DNA from: Sphingobacteriales bacterium UTBCD1
Lineage (GTDB): Bacteria; Bacteroidota; Bacteroidia; Chitinophagales; Chitinophagaceae
Assembly (NCBI GenBank): GCA_002066995.1
Contig: MWTC01000031.1
Coordinates: 11,649 to 75,648 of the forward strand
Length of the DNA stretch: 64,000 nt
Reading direction: 5' to 3'
The translations under genes and the position numbers were made by a program. Under the pieces are notes generated by a model. The model worked only from the letters and a program-made list of their open reading frames with translations, was not told where the DNA came from and made no database searches. Below are positions 8,681 through 17,871 of the stretch, piece by piece; position 1 is the stretch's first letter, and each line of letters starts with the position of its first letter.

Positions 8681-9655
8681 TCAGTTTTTTCCTGCTTCTT
8701 TTTTATGAATATGATTTTGCAATGAATCAAAAAACCGGGAAGCGATACCGGTATTAAAAATTGCATCAATCTCCCGGATGCAGGTAGGGCTGGTTACATT
8801 TATTTCGGTCAGATAATCCCCAATCACATCAATACCGGTAAATAATAATCCCCGCTCCCGCAATGCAGGTCCTATCTGATCGCATATCCACCGGTCTCTT
8901 GCCGTTAATTCAAAGCCTTCTGCCCTGGCTCCGGCTGCCAGGTTTCCGCGATGGTCACCACCCGCCGGAATTCTTGCAATTCCATAATCAACCGGAATGC
9001 CGTCAATTAAAATAATCCGCTTATCTCCCAGTGTTTCAATTTCGGGAATATAAGCCTGCGCCTGGATGTATCGGCTTCCTGAACCTGTTACTTCCTCAAT
9101 GATTACTCTTGTATTCGGATCTCCTTTGGCAATAATGAAAACAGATCTTCCGCCCATTTTATCGGTTGGCTTAACAACGATCTTGCCATGTGTATCCAAA
9201 AATGATTTAATAGTTTTTTCAGATCGAGTTAATAATGAGGGCGGACAACATTGCGGAAACCATGCGGTGAAAATTTTTTCATTCACATCTCGTAAGGACC
9301 GGGGATTATTTACCACCAGCGCTCCTTCTTCTTCCGCCTTTTCGAGAATGTATGTCGCCACAATAAATTCTATATCGAATGGCGGGTCTTTTCTCATCAA
9401 TATCACATCCAGGTCACTCAGCGCCCCATATTCTTCTCCGGTAAATTCAAACCATTTTTGGAGATCATTGAAAACGTTCAACCGGCGCATGCGTGCTTCG
9501 GCATGGCCATCCCTTAAAAAAAGATCAGCCATCTCCATATAGGCAATCTCCCATCCACGCTTTTGTGCTTCCAGCATAAATGCAAGCGAAGTATCTTTTT
9601 CAGGATGAATGCTGTGAATGGGATCCATTACCACTCCGATTTTTATCTTGCTCAT
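8681..9655 (-). CDS. gshB: Glutathione synthetase (prokaryotic ATP-grasp type)
   Basis: N-terminus VMDPIHSIHPEKDTSLAFMLEAQKRGWE plus an ATP-grasp C-terminal half, typical of GshB. Immediately upstream of gshA. Confidence 0.85.
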   Translation of the reverse strand: MSKIKIGVVMDPIHSIHPEKDTSLAFMLEAQKRGWEIAYMEMADLFLRDGHAEARMRRLNVFNDLQKWFEFTGEEYGALSDLDVILMRKDPPFDIEFIVATYILEKAEEEGALVVNNPRSLRDVNEKIFTAWFPQCCPPSLLTRSEKTIKSFLDTHGKIVVKPTDKMGGRSVFIIAKGDPNTRVIIEEVTGSGSRYIQAQAYIPEIETLGDKRIILIDGIPVDYGIARIPAGGDHRGNLAAGARAEGFELTARDRWICDQIGPALRERGLLFTGIDVIGDYLTEINVTSPTCIREIDAIFNTGIASRFFDSLQNHIHKKEAGKN

Positions 9656-9743
9656 GAATTTTATTATTGATTAATTTATCAAATTACCTCCGGCAGGGAA
9701 ACAAGCAATTATCATTCGATAAACAGATTTATAAAAACAAATC

Positions 9744-12700
9744 CTATTTCTGCACAAGTTTTTCATAGCCTTTCCAATCTTCCGGAAGTTCTTTTCCCAA
9801 ATATTGCTTACATCTTTTTGCAAAGATTGATGGCACCGTATCCATAACATCCGATTTGATGAGGCTATTAAAGACTGCCAAAGCAGAGGAGAAATCACGA
9901 TTGAAATAAGCCTCCATTCCTGCTGCCAGTTCTTTTTTCGTTGCTTCCTTGGCCCTGCGCCGGTCATCTTCTTCGGCATCCAGCACTTCATACAACCTGA
10001 TGGCCTTATCTTTTCCTTTGACCGCTACATAGTCAACCATCCGTATGGAAAAAGCGCCGGGATTTTCAAGAGAGGAAAAAGTATTCTCACCAACCAGGAA
10101 TTGTGCTTCATAAATCCTGGTCAACTGTTCTATCCTTGAAGCAAGGTTTACCGAATCTCCCAATACAGTACACTGCATTCTGTCTAACCCGCCCATAGTG
10201 CCGAGAACCATGGACCCGGTATTCATACCAAGACCCATTCTCAATGGTGGCCGGCTACCTGTGATATGGGTTGCATTAAATTTTCGCAACGCAGCACACA
10301 TCATGATACCTGCTTCCACCGACTGCTGAGCCGGCACCGGGAACAATGCCATGATCTCATCGCCGGCATAGGAATCTATAAAACCACCAAACCTTGTTAT
10401 CGGCTCTCCCAGCACACTGTAATATTCATTCAGCAATTCAATCACATCATGCGGAGACAGCTTTTCCACCATGGAGGTAAATTCACGAATATCCGAAAAC
10501 AGCACACTCATTTCCATGGCAACCGATTCACCCAGTTCCACCTTCGAAATATCATTATGCCCGAGATTTTTCAAAAACTGGATTGGCACAAAGCGTTGTT
10601 GTGCTTTTAGCAATTGCTCCTGGTTCTCATAAATTCTTGCATTGGCAAGAGAAATGGCTGCCTGGCCGGAGAGCAGTTTGATTATATTCACACGCTCTTC
10701 ACTAAAAGCGCTGTGTGTTACATTATTTTCCAGGTACACGGCTACTCTCCAATGATCGTGCAACGGAAGCGGAACACACATTACCGACAATGGTTTTGCC
10801 CTGATGATATAAGGATCAGAAGAAAAGGGATTTATTTTAGAAGCATTATCAATAACGATGGCTTCATTGGTGCGCCAGGCTGTGTTGATAAGTGTTACGG
10901 GAAAATGAGGCCCCGCATGAACCGGTGAAACAGTTTTTTCTTCCCGGTTACTTTCATCTCTTTGTGCAAGAATGGCAATCTTTCCATCCTGTTCCCCGAA
11001 AAGAAAACCTTTTTGTGCTCCGGCATTTTCCAACAGGATTTGTAAGGTGGATTTAAAAAGTTTTTCCAGTACCAGCTCACCGGAAATAGTTTGAGAGGCT
11101 TTGAAAATAGAATTGATATCGAGCAACTCTGCATTGATGCTGTCTGTAATCGTATGAACAGTTGATTCCTGGTTTTTTGACTGAACAGGAACATTGCCCC
11201 GGTAGGTTGCTGATCCGGAAAGAGACGGGTATTCTTTATCCATTATTTCCACTTTCCGGGAAGCGCCCCACCGGTAATATAAATACCGGGAAGCCTGTAA
11301 ATATCCTTCTGCCGCTTTGGGCAGGCCTGAACTCAATAATAATCTTGCTGCCATTTCATTGGCCATAGCCTCATCGCGGATAAAATTATTTTTTTGGGCA
11401 AGGGCAATTGATCGTTCAAAAAGTGACAAAGCCTCTGCAATGTTATTATGATGACATGCAAACATAGCTTCCATTAATAATTGAAGATGGCCGAAATTTT
11501 CCGGGCATTGTTTTGCCCATCTTGTCATTGTGGCAAGGCTTTGCTGCATTTTATCAAGCAACTTCTGCTGCTCTTCAAAGGCGCTATCCCTGAGCAAAAT
11601 TGCATACACCAAAAAAGAAATAATATGAAAACGTACCAACTGGGGCAATGACATAACGGATGACATCAACCGTTCCTGCTCGAGTATATGAGGCAATGCG
11701 CCCCATGCATCATTGTAGAGAAAGTGAATCTCTGCTTTGTAAATACGATAGTTGGCTATGCCTGTCATAAAATGACGGCGCACCATACCCTCAATGCATT
11801 CTTCCTCATTGAAGTTATCATCAGTCATTGAGCAGAGGCTCCTGGTCATTCCCAGGAAATTCAATTGCATTTGCAAAAACAATGTTCCGGAATCATAGGA
11901 GTCCTGGTAATCACATTCTTTCACGATCTTCAGCATCTTTCGGTGTTCATTAGCCGCAGTTTCCAGATCAAGCTGCGGATCCCAGATAATACAATCCTGT
12001 GCACTGTATGCCAGGTACAAAAGATCGCCTGACTGATAACCGGCTTCTATGCCTTTCCGAAACCAGGGAGTCATGGTTGACCAATGATTGGACCAGTGAT
12101 GCACAAACATCGTATAAACATAAATGACCCTTGACCGGAGAGCGATGTCATCATATTTTTCAACGAGGCTTACCCCCAGCTTGCCATATTCATATCCAAG
12201 AACCGTATCATTAAAATAACCGCAGAGAATCATTCCGTATGCTGCGTATGCAAAAGCAGTCTCAGGACTGTTGCCATACTGCAGGGCTAAATTCACCGAC
12301 TTCAAAACAAGATAGGGAAACATGGTACCGCTGGCAGATAGAAATGCCGCTGCAAATGTTTCCATCAATAACTGGCTGGCAATTTTTGCTTTTTGATCAG
12401 TAAGATTGGAAAGATTAATGAGATCAGCAATGGCCCGGCCATTTAACAACCTTGCCAGCAACTGCACTTCTTCCTCTACATTCAGGGAAGTTGGTTCCGG
12501 CAAAAATTCAAACCCCAGGAATGAAAGTCCTTCACAGGCAGCCTGGATGGATTCTCTCATTTTGCCGATAGTAGCATATTGCCTGGTCCGGGCAGATAAT
12601 ACCAATGCTTTTTCAATGGGTGTTTTTGCATTTTTCAACATTGCTTCTGCCCAATTGTCGGCGCCGTTCCAATCTCCGGTCAAATAAGTGCAATGCTGAA

Positions 12701-15158
12701 TTTCTTCATACAGTTTCCAGGTAAGATCATAATCGGATTGCCAGGCATCTTTTTCAAGAAGATCATATCCTGTCTTCAGATAATTCAATGCTGCTTCATA
12801 AGCCGAAGATTGTTTTGCTTTGATTCCTGCTTTTAAATTTAGCGTCACCAATTCATTGCGTTCTCCCGAGTTTTCAATCAAAGACCTTCCTTCATTCAGA
12901 TGGCCGGTTATTTCAAAAAGCGCATCATCCAGTTCTTCTTTGCTGGTATGATTCAGTATCAGCCGCCCTATGGAAAGATGGAGCGCCTGCCTTTTTTCCG
13001 GAGCAATCATTGAATAAGCAGCCTGCTGCACCCTGTCATGTTGAAACCGGTATGTAGGATTCAGTTCACTAATATCTTGTTCAGTGTTGTCCTGAAATGT
13101 TCCGCCTGGTTTGAATGAATCCAATCCCACCAACTTATAGTTCTCGCTGAGTGGAATAACAACATTTGCCCTAAGCGCTTCTTCCAATTCCTGCGCCGTC
13201 TCATCCATGGTACTTTCATGAATGATCGTTAATGTTTTAAGATCAAACGTGGCGCCAACGCAGGAAGCTAACTGAAGAACCTGTTGCGTGGCGCTTTTCA
13301 GACGGGAGAGACTGGCCACCAGGAAATCAACCACGTTGTCGCTGTTTTTCGTTTTTCTCACCTCGTCAATATCCCAATTCCATTTCCCTGCTTCAGGGTT
13401 AAACCTGATGACTCCCCTTTCATTCAGGTTCTTTAATAATTCAATAGTAAAAAAAGGATTGCCCGCTGCTTTTTCAAATAACACACCACTTAATGGTCTT
13501 GCATCATCCGGGTTACAATGCAATGCATCAGTGGCAATTTGATTTACGGCTTCAGCACTAAGGGGTTCGAGGTGCAAATTTTCAATAATCCGTTCTTTCT
13601 GAATTTCTCCAAGAATGAGATTCAACGGATGGGAATCGTCCACGGCATTGCTGCGATAAGCGCCGATGAGTAAAAAATGTCCCAATTCCTTTGAAGTAAC
13701 GAGATGGTGAATCAGGTTTAATGTAGGAATATCGCTCCACTGCAGGTCATCCATAAACAATACCAGCGGGTGTTCTTTACCGGCAAATACCTTTACAAAA
13801 TTCTGAAGCAGGATAAAGAAACGCTTTTGCGCTTCAGCGGGGGGAAGCTCCTGCACAGGAGGATACTTGCCGATAATCAATTCCAGTTCAGGTATCAGAT
13901 CAATCAGCAGGCGTGCATTATTTCCCAATGCATTGCCGATAGAGGTACGCCATTTTTCAAGAACGTTTTCCGGCTCACCAAGTAATTCATAAATAAGTTT
14001 GCGAAAAGCGTTGGCAAAAGCGAAGTAAGCATTGTTTTGTTTGAACTGCTCAAACTTTCCATGGGCCAGGTATCCTCTTTTTTTTACAATGAATCTGCCT
14101 AACTCATATACCAGCACCGATTTTCCGACACCTGAATAACCTGACACCAGGCAAAACTCTACCGAGCCGTTGGATGCATTATCAAGGTGTGACACTAAAC
14201 AATCAATTTCATCATTGCGGCCATACAATTTCTGGGGGATCTGAAAAACAGGAGAAATATCTGAGGTTGCCAATTCAAAATTAAAATCATGAAATCCCTT
14301 ACGAATCATTTCCCGGCATTCCTCAAGGTCTGCTGCAATACCGAAACTGCTTTGATAACGGTCTTCAGCATTTTTTGAAATGAGTTTTGCAACAATATCC
14401 GATAACATATCCGGGATCATCCGGTTCACTTTATTGACCGGTGTTGCCTGTCTGCTGATATGGCAATGAACCCATTCCAACGGATCACTTGCAGAAAAGG
14501 GAAGCCGGCCGGTAAGCATGCGGTAAAAGGTGATGCCGAGAGAATAATAATCCGTACGGTAATCCACATCACGATTCATGCGGCCTGTCTGCTCAGGCGA
14601 CATGAAAGGCAAGGAGCCTTCAATTCGTTTGGTCAATGAAATATCCTGTCGTTCCCTGGATAGTTCGGTTGAAGAGCTGAAATCAATCAGCCGCAGCGTA
14701 CCGGTACCCGGTTCAATAAGAATATTGGCGGGGTTGATGTCTTTATGGATAACATTTTTTTCATGCAGGCTCCCTAAAATTTTCACAAGTGATACGGCAA
14801 TTGAAAAAAACTGTTTCAGCGGGAGGTGTTTGTTTTCATATCCGGTAAGATATTCCTGTAAGGTAATACCAAATTTCTCCATTACAATTCCCCAATTGCC
14901 CTGTCCAAACGGTACAAATGAGTGCACGTTTATGATTCCCTCAAATTGAAGCTGACGGAGTATCTGGTATTCACGCCTGATATTGGCAATCTCCTCCCTC
15001 GCAGGAAAAGAGGCATTCAGGGTTTTGATGGCTGCTTCGGTATTATCTTCTTTCCTGGTTGCCCGGTAAACAACATGCAGGTTTGACTCCGATATCTTTT
15101 CAATGATCAGGTATCCGGGAATAATTTCCGCATTTTCATTTTCGTGGTAAATGTCCAC
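9744..15158 (-). CDS. Multidomain signalling protein: Ser/Thr kinase - AAA/STAND ATPase - TPR - GAF - class III adenylate/guanylate cyclase
   Basis: Kinase motifs AIKTL, HKDINPANIL, IDFSSS and SPEQ. Walker A GYSGVGKS at about aa 340. A long helical/TPR region and a GAF-like segment around aa 1340-1500. Cyclase motifs VLFSDIREFTS, YAGDEIMALF and GDSVNLASRIE. GTG start 3 nt after the upstream stop. Confidence 0.9.
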   Translation of the reverse strand: MDIYHENENAEIIPGYLIIEKISESNLHVVYRATRKEDNTEAAIKTLNASFPAREEIANIRREYQILRQLQFEGIINVHSFVPFGQGNWGIVMEKFGITLQEYLTGYENKHLPLKQFFSIAVSLVKILGSLHEKNVIHKDINPANILIEPGTGTLRLIDFSSSTELSRERQDISLTKRIEGSLPFMSPEQTGRMNRDVDYRTDYYSLGITFYRMLTGRLPFSASDPLEWVHCHISRQATPVNKVNRMIPDMLSDIVAKLISKNAEDRYQSSFGIAADLEECREMIRKGFHDFNFELATSDISPVFQIPQKLYGRNDEIDCLVSHLDNASNGSVEFCLVSGYSGVGKSVLVYELGRFIVKKRGYLAHGKFEQFKQNNAYFAFANAFRKLIYELLGEPENVLEKWRTSIGNALGNNARLLIDLIPELELIIGKYPPVQELPPAEAQKRFFILLQNFVKVFAGKEHPLVLFMDDLQWSDIPTLNLIHHLVTSKELGHFLLIGAYRSNAVDDSHPLNLILGEIQKERIIENLHLEPLSAEAVNQIATDALHCNPDDARPLSGVLFEKAAGNPFFTIELLKNLNERGVIRFNPEAGKWNWDIDEVRKTKNSDNVVDFLVASLSRLKSATQQVLQLASCVGATFDLKTLTIIHESTMDETAQELEEALRANVVIPLSENYKLVGLDSFKPGGTFQDNTEQDISELNPTYRFQHDRVQQAAYSMIAPEKRQALHLSIGRLILNHTSKEELDDALFEITGHLNEGRSLIENSGERNELVTLNLKAGIKAKQSSAYEAALNYLKTGYDLLEKDAWQSDYDLTWKLYEEIQHCTYLTGDWNGADNWAEAMLKNAKTPIEKALVLSARTRQYATIGKMRESIQAACEGLSFLGFEFLPEPTSLNVEEEVQLLARLLNGRAIADLINLSNLTDQKAKIASQLLMETFAAAFLSASGTMFPYLVLKSVNLALQYGNSPETAFAYAAYGMILCGYFNDTVLGYEYGKLGVSLVEKYDDIALRSRVIYVYTMFVHHWSNHWSTMTPWFRKGIEAGYQSGDLLYLAYSAQDCIIWDPQLDLETAANEHRKMLKIVKECDYQDSYDSGTLFLQMQLNFLGMTRSLCSMTDDNFNEEECIEGMVRRHFMTGIANYRIYKAEIHFLYNDAWGALPHILEQERLMSSVMSLPQLVRFHIISFLVYAILLRDSAFEEQQKLLDKMQQSLATMTRWAKQCPENFGHLQLLMEAMFACHHNNIAEALSLFERSIALAQKNNFIRDEAMANEMAARLLLSSGLPKAAEGYLQASRYLYYRWGASRKVEIMDKEYPSLSGSATYRGNVPVQSKNQESTVHTITDSINAELLDINSIFKASQTISGELVLEKLFKSTLQILLENAGAQKGFLFGEQDGKIAILAQRDESNREEKTVSPVHAGPHFPVTLINTAWRTNEAIVIDNASKINPFSSDPYIIRAKPLSVMCVPLPLHDHWRVAVYLENNVTHSAFSEERVNIIKLLSGQAAISLANARIYENQEQLLKAQQRFVPIQFLKNLGHNDISKVELGESVAMEMSVLFSDIREFTSMVEKLSPHDVIELLNEYYSVLGEPITRFGGFIDSYAGDEIMALFPVPAQQSVEAGIMMCAALRKFNATHITGSRPPLRMGLGMNTGSMVLGTMGGLDRMQCTVLGDSVNLASRIEQLTRIYEAQFLVGENTFSSLENPGAFSIRMVDYVAVKGKDKAIRLYEVLDAEEDDRRRAKEATKKELAAGMEAYFNRDFSSALAVFNSLIKSDVMDTVPSIFAKRCKQYLGKELPEDWKGYEKLVQK

Positions 15159-15161
15159 ACA

Positions 15162-15878
15162 TTAAATATTGAAATATTCATTAAACGTCCGGAGAAATTC
15201 TTTGTGAGCATTGTTTACAAACGGATAACCATGCCCGCACAAGGCGTGTTCAAAAGGGATTTCTTTTAATCTTAAAAAATCTGCAGCGCCGGGCTGGCTT
15301 TCATACATCCATGCAGGGCCGAGATTGGCAGGCCTGAAAAATTTCATTTGTCGCATTGTAGATATGGTTGCTTCGTCAAAGAACTCATCCGGCTCCACCC
15401 AGTTTTGCAACGAATCACAGGCAATCATAATTCCGCCTTCACGGTCAAGACGAATGATACACTCAGGGCGTTTCACCGTTTCAAAAACAAAGAGCGACGA
15501 ATCTCGGAAAGGCATTTCCCCTCCCGGGATCAATTCCTTATCCACTTTTAAATTGTCCTTTACCTTCATTCCGGGCAATGCCCAGAAAGCAGCCTTGTAC
15601 CTGTCCACATAAAATGCATCATCCATTCCATGCATATCCCCGAGGCGCACTACATTTACCACCTTCCCCAATTTATCGAGCGCCTTGAGGCCTTCATCAT
15701 CCAACCGCACTGAATTCAGAATGGTCAGATTTCCATCCTCCCTCACTATGGTCATATTCCTGCTGAATTGCCACATTGAACCAAAGAATTCACCTTTCAT
15801 AGTTCCGGGAACAAAGAACACGTCTTTGAATACCTCCTGGATATTACCATGAGGCATCGCTTCAGCAAATTTTGACAT
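15162..15878 (-). CDS. Hypothetical protein, possibly a degenerate metallo-beta-lactamase fold
   Basis: 238-aa ORF. LGDMHGMDD sits where MBL proteins have HxHxDH, and there is a late CGHG motif. Its stop is 3 nt before the kinase GTG, which suggests coupling. Confidence 0.5.
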   Translation of the reverse strand: MSKFAEAMPHGNIQEVFKDVFFVPGTMKGEFFGSMWQFSRNMTIVREDGNLTILNSVRLDDEGLKALDKLGKVVNVVRLGDMHGMDDAFYVDRYKAAFWALPGMKVKDNLKVDKELIPGGEMPFRDSSLFVFETVKRPECIIRLDREGGIMIACDSLQNWVEPDEFFDEATISTMRQMKFFRPANLGPAWMYESQPGAADFLRLKEIPFEHALCGHGYPFVNNAHKEFLRTFNEYFNI

Positions 15879-16065
15879 ATATTTATTTTTACTAAAAGTA
15901 CCGAAAAATTAATTACTCATTCTTTTTGTTATGTGTCCTGCTGTACCACAAAGCGGCTCTTTTGTACTCCCGGTGAAATTGAATTTTCAGTTAACAGATA
16001 ACTCCCGGAATTGCAAAGCTTGCCGCAAAAAATTAATGAATGGTGGAGTAATTCGTTCTGCTATC

Positions 16066-16851
16066 TTAATAATCAAACCTTCCGGTATAGATATATTCCC
16101 GGGCAAATTCATTCAGATAGGCGTTGACATATTTCCCGGCTGCCGGTGAAATCTTTCCATTAATGACATCTTCAATAGTTTCATTGCCATCGCTTGTGTC
16201 ATGGCGTTTCACAAAAAAAAGTGTCACGTCTTTTCCGCCAAGAAGCCCGATGATTCCCTGTAGATCCTCCCTTGCCTGGTGCATGTCAAATACATGACCG
16301 CCCAATGCAGTATAAGCAGAATGTGAAGCAAGTGAATTGTTGTTAAAATGAGGCCAGTTGCCCGGCGGTGGTTTGAATTCAGGATAATCCTTTTCCGGGA
16401 AAACAGGAAGATGGCGGAGTTTTTCAATATAAGAAAGACTCAACCCCGCAGCTTCCGCTCCTTTAATAATAATATTGAGATACCGTCTTGTTGGCAAACA
16501 ACTGTCATCAATAAATCCGGGAAGCCCGGTATAGGTTTGTGCTTTTATTTTCCTGCCGGCAGTTACTACTTCCACTTCTGTCCTGTCATAGCCCACGCCA
16601 TAGGATTCAACGGCATCCAGTGAGGCAAGACTATCATCAGGGCAGGCATGTACCATGCCTTCCACAAAATCAGCCGGATCAGATGAAGGTACTATATTGG
16701 CAACTCCGCCTTCGTGCCGGAACCAGTGGCGGACATTAAACCGGAGTTTCCAACCATGAAGAATGGCCCGTTCTGATGAAAGAGGAATTACTCCCTTTGC
16801 CTTCAATGAAACCAGGTTGATATTTGAGCCGTAACCAAAATAAAAAAACAT
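16066..16851 (-). CDS. Gamma-glutamylcyclotransferase-like (AIG2/GGCT fold) protein with an unknown C-terminal extension
   Basis: N-terminal FFYFGYGSNINL matches the YGSN(M/L) motif of GGCT-like proteins over ~150 aa. The C-terminal ~110 aa are unassigned. Confidence 0.7.
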   Translation of the reverse strand: MFFYFGYGSNINLVSLKAKGVIPLSSERAILHGWKLRFNVRHWFRHEGGVANIVPSSDPADFVEGMVHACPDDSLASLDAVESYGVGYDRTEVEVVTAGRKIKAQTYTGLPGFIDDSCLPTRRYLNIIIKGAEAAGLSLSYIEKLRHLPVFPEKDYPEFKPPPGNWPHFNNNSLASHSAYTALGGHVFDMHQAREDLQGIIGLLGGKDVTLFFVKRHDTSDGNETIEDVINGKISPAAGKYVNAYLNEFAREYIYTGRFDY

Positions 16852-16924
16852 ATTGCTATTATCCGCCTAAAGTAAATTAAAAAGCGAATACAATAAAAGA
16901 GAGGGCTAAGATTGTTTTTCATTT

Positions 16925-17000
16925 GGCCCCTGCTCTCCGATATTTTCAGTTTCGAAATTTTTATTTCATCGCTTGAAGCGATAGAATAATGATGCAGGAC
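16925..17000. repeat. Intergenic repeat family, copy B (core CAGTTTCGAA at 16947-16956)
   Basis: See the copy at 3115-3195. It lies in the divergent intergenic region between the GGCT-like gene and the VOC gene. Confidence 0.55.
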
Positions 17001-17173
17001 AGGATGGCCCGGATAGCCGGGAATTGTATTTGCGAAAGCCTGTGCGGGAAAAACAATATTTGCATCGCCTTTATTTTTTAGGCAATTGCCTAAAAAGTGA
17101 AAATTATATTTGGAGATAGCTTTCGTATATTTATTAGCGGCAATAATACAGACGCACTAAAAATGAAAGAGCA

Positions 17174-17596
17174 ATGCGACAAAAAATAAACTTAATAACA
17201 CTTGGAACTGACAACTTTGAAAAATCATTAGGCTTTTATGAAAACGGACTTGGTTGGAAAAAGTCGGATAAAAGTATGGATGGCCTGGCTTTGTTTGACC
17301 TGGGCGGAATTATTTTGGCATTACACCCAAGACAGGACCTTGCTGACGACACGACATTGAGGTATCAGCCAACAACTTTTTCGGGACTAACAATTTCGCA
17401 CAACACAAAATCGGAAAAAGAAGTGGATGAAATTTTAGAAATGGTTGAAAAACTTGGTGCGACAATCGTAAAACCGGCACAAAAAGTTTATTGGGGTGGC
17501 TATAGCGGTTACTTCAAAGACCTGGACGGACATTTGTTTGAAGTTGCTTACAATCCGTTTTGGGAACTTGACGAAAATGACAATGTAAAACTGTAA
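17174..17596 (+). CDS. VOC/glyoxalase family protein
   Basis: 140 aa. INLITLGTDNFEKSLGFYENGLGW and DLDGHLFEV are typical VOC beta-alpha-beta-beta-beta module motifs. Confidence 0.8.
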   Translation: MRQKINLITLGTDNFEKSLGFYENGLGWKKSDKSMDGLALFDLGGIILALHPRQDLADDTTLRYQPTTFSGLTISHNTKSEKEVDEILEMVEKLGATIVKPAQKVYWGGYSGYFKDLDGHLFEVAYNPFWELDENDNVKL

Positions 17597-17871
17597 TGAC
17601 AGCAACGCAAGCCATAAAAGAATTGACTTTAATTCCGGGCGTTGGAAAATCTATTGCGACAGATTTGTACAACATAGGCATCAGGCACATTGACGACCTG
17701 AAAGGCAAAGACCCTGAAGTGCTTTACGACAATTCAAATCATTTTGCTGGTTGCGTTCAGGACAGGTGTTTACTTTATGTTTTTAGATGTGCCGTGTATT
17801 ATGCAGAAACACCGGCAGACCAGCAAGACAACAAAAAATTAAAATGGTGGAATTGGAAAGACAATAAATAA
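17596..17871 (+). CDS. Helix-hairpin-helix domain protein (Cdd1-like)
   Basis: LIPGVGKSIATDLYNIGIRHIDDLKGKDPEVLY is an HhH motif. TAATG overlap with the VOC gene. Confidence 0.65.
   Translation: MTATQAIKELTLIPGVGKSIATDLYNIGIRHIDDLKGKDPEVLYDNSNHFAGCVQDRCLLYVFRCAVYYAETPADQQDNKKLKWWNWKDNK

Noticed and set aside
8680-8769. The upstream 30 codons of the gshA ORF-track call.
   Set aside because: They overlap gshB. An ATG 1 nt after the gshB stop gives a standard coupled start.
9671-9991. The 106-aa ORF overlapping the 3' end of the kinase-cyclase gene.
   Set aside because: It is an out-of-frame same-strand overlap with a well-supported gene and has an implausible composition.
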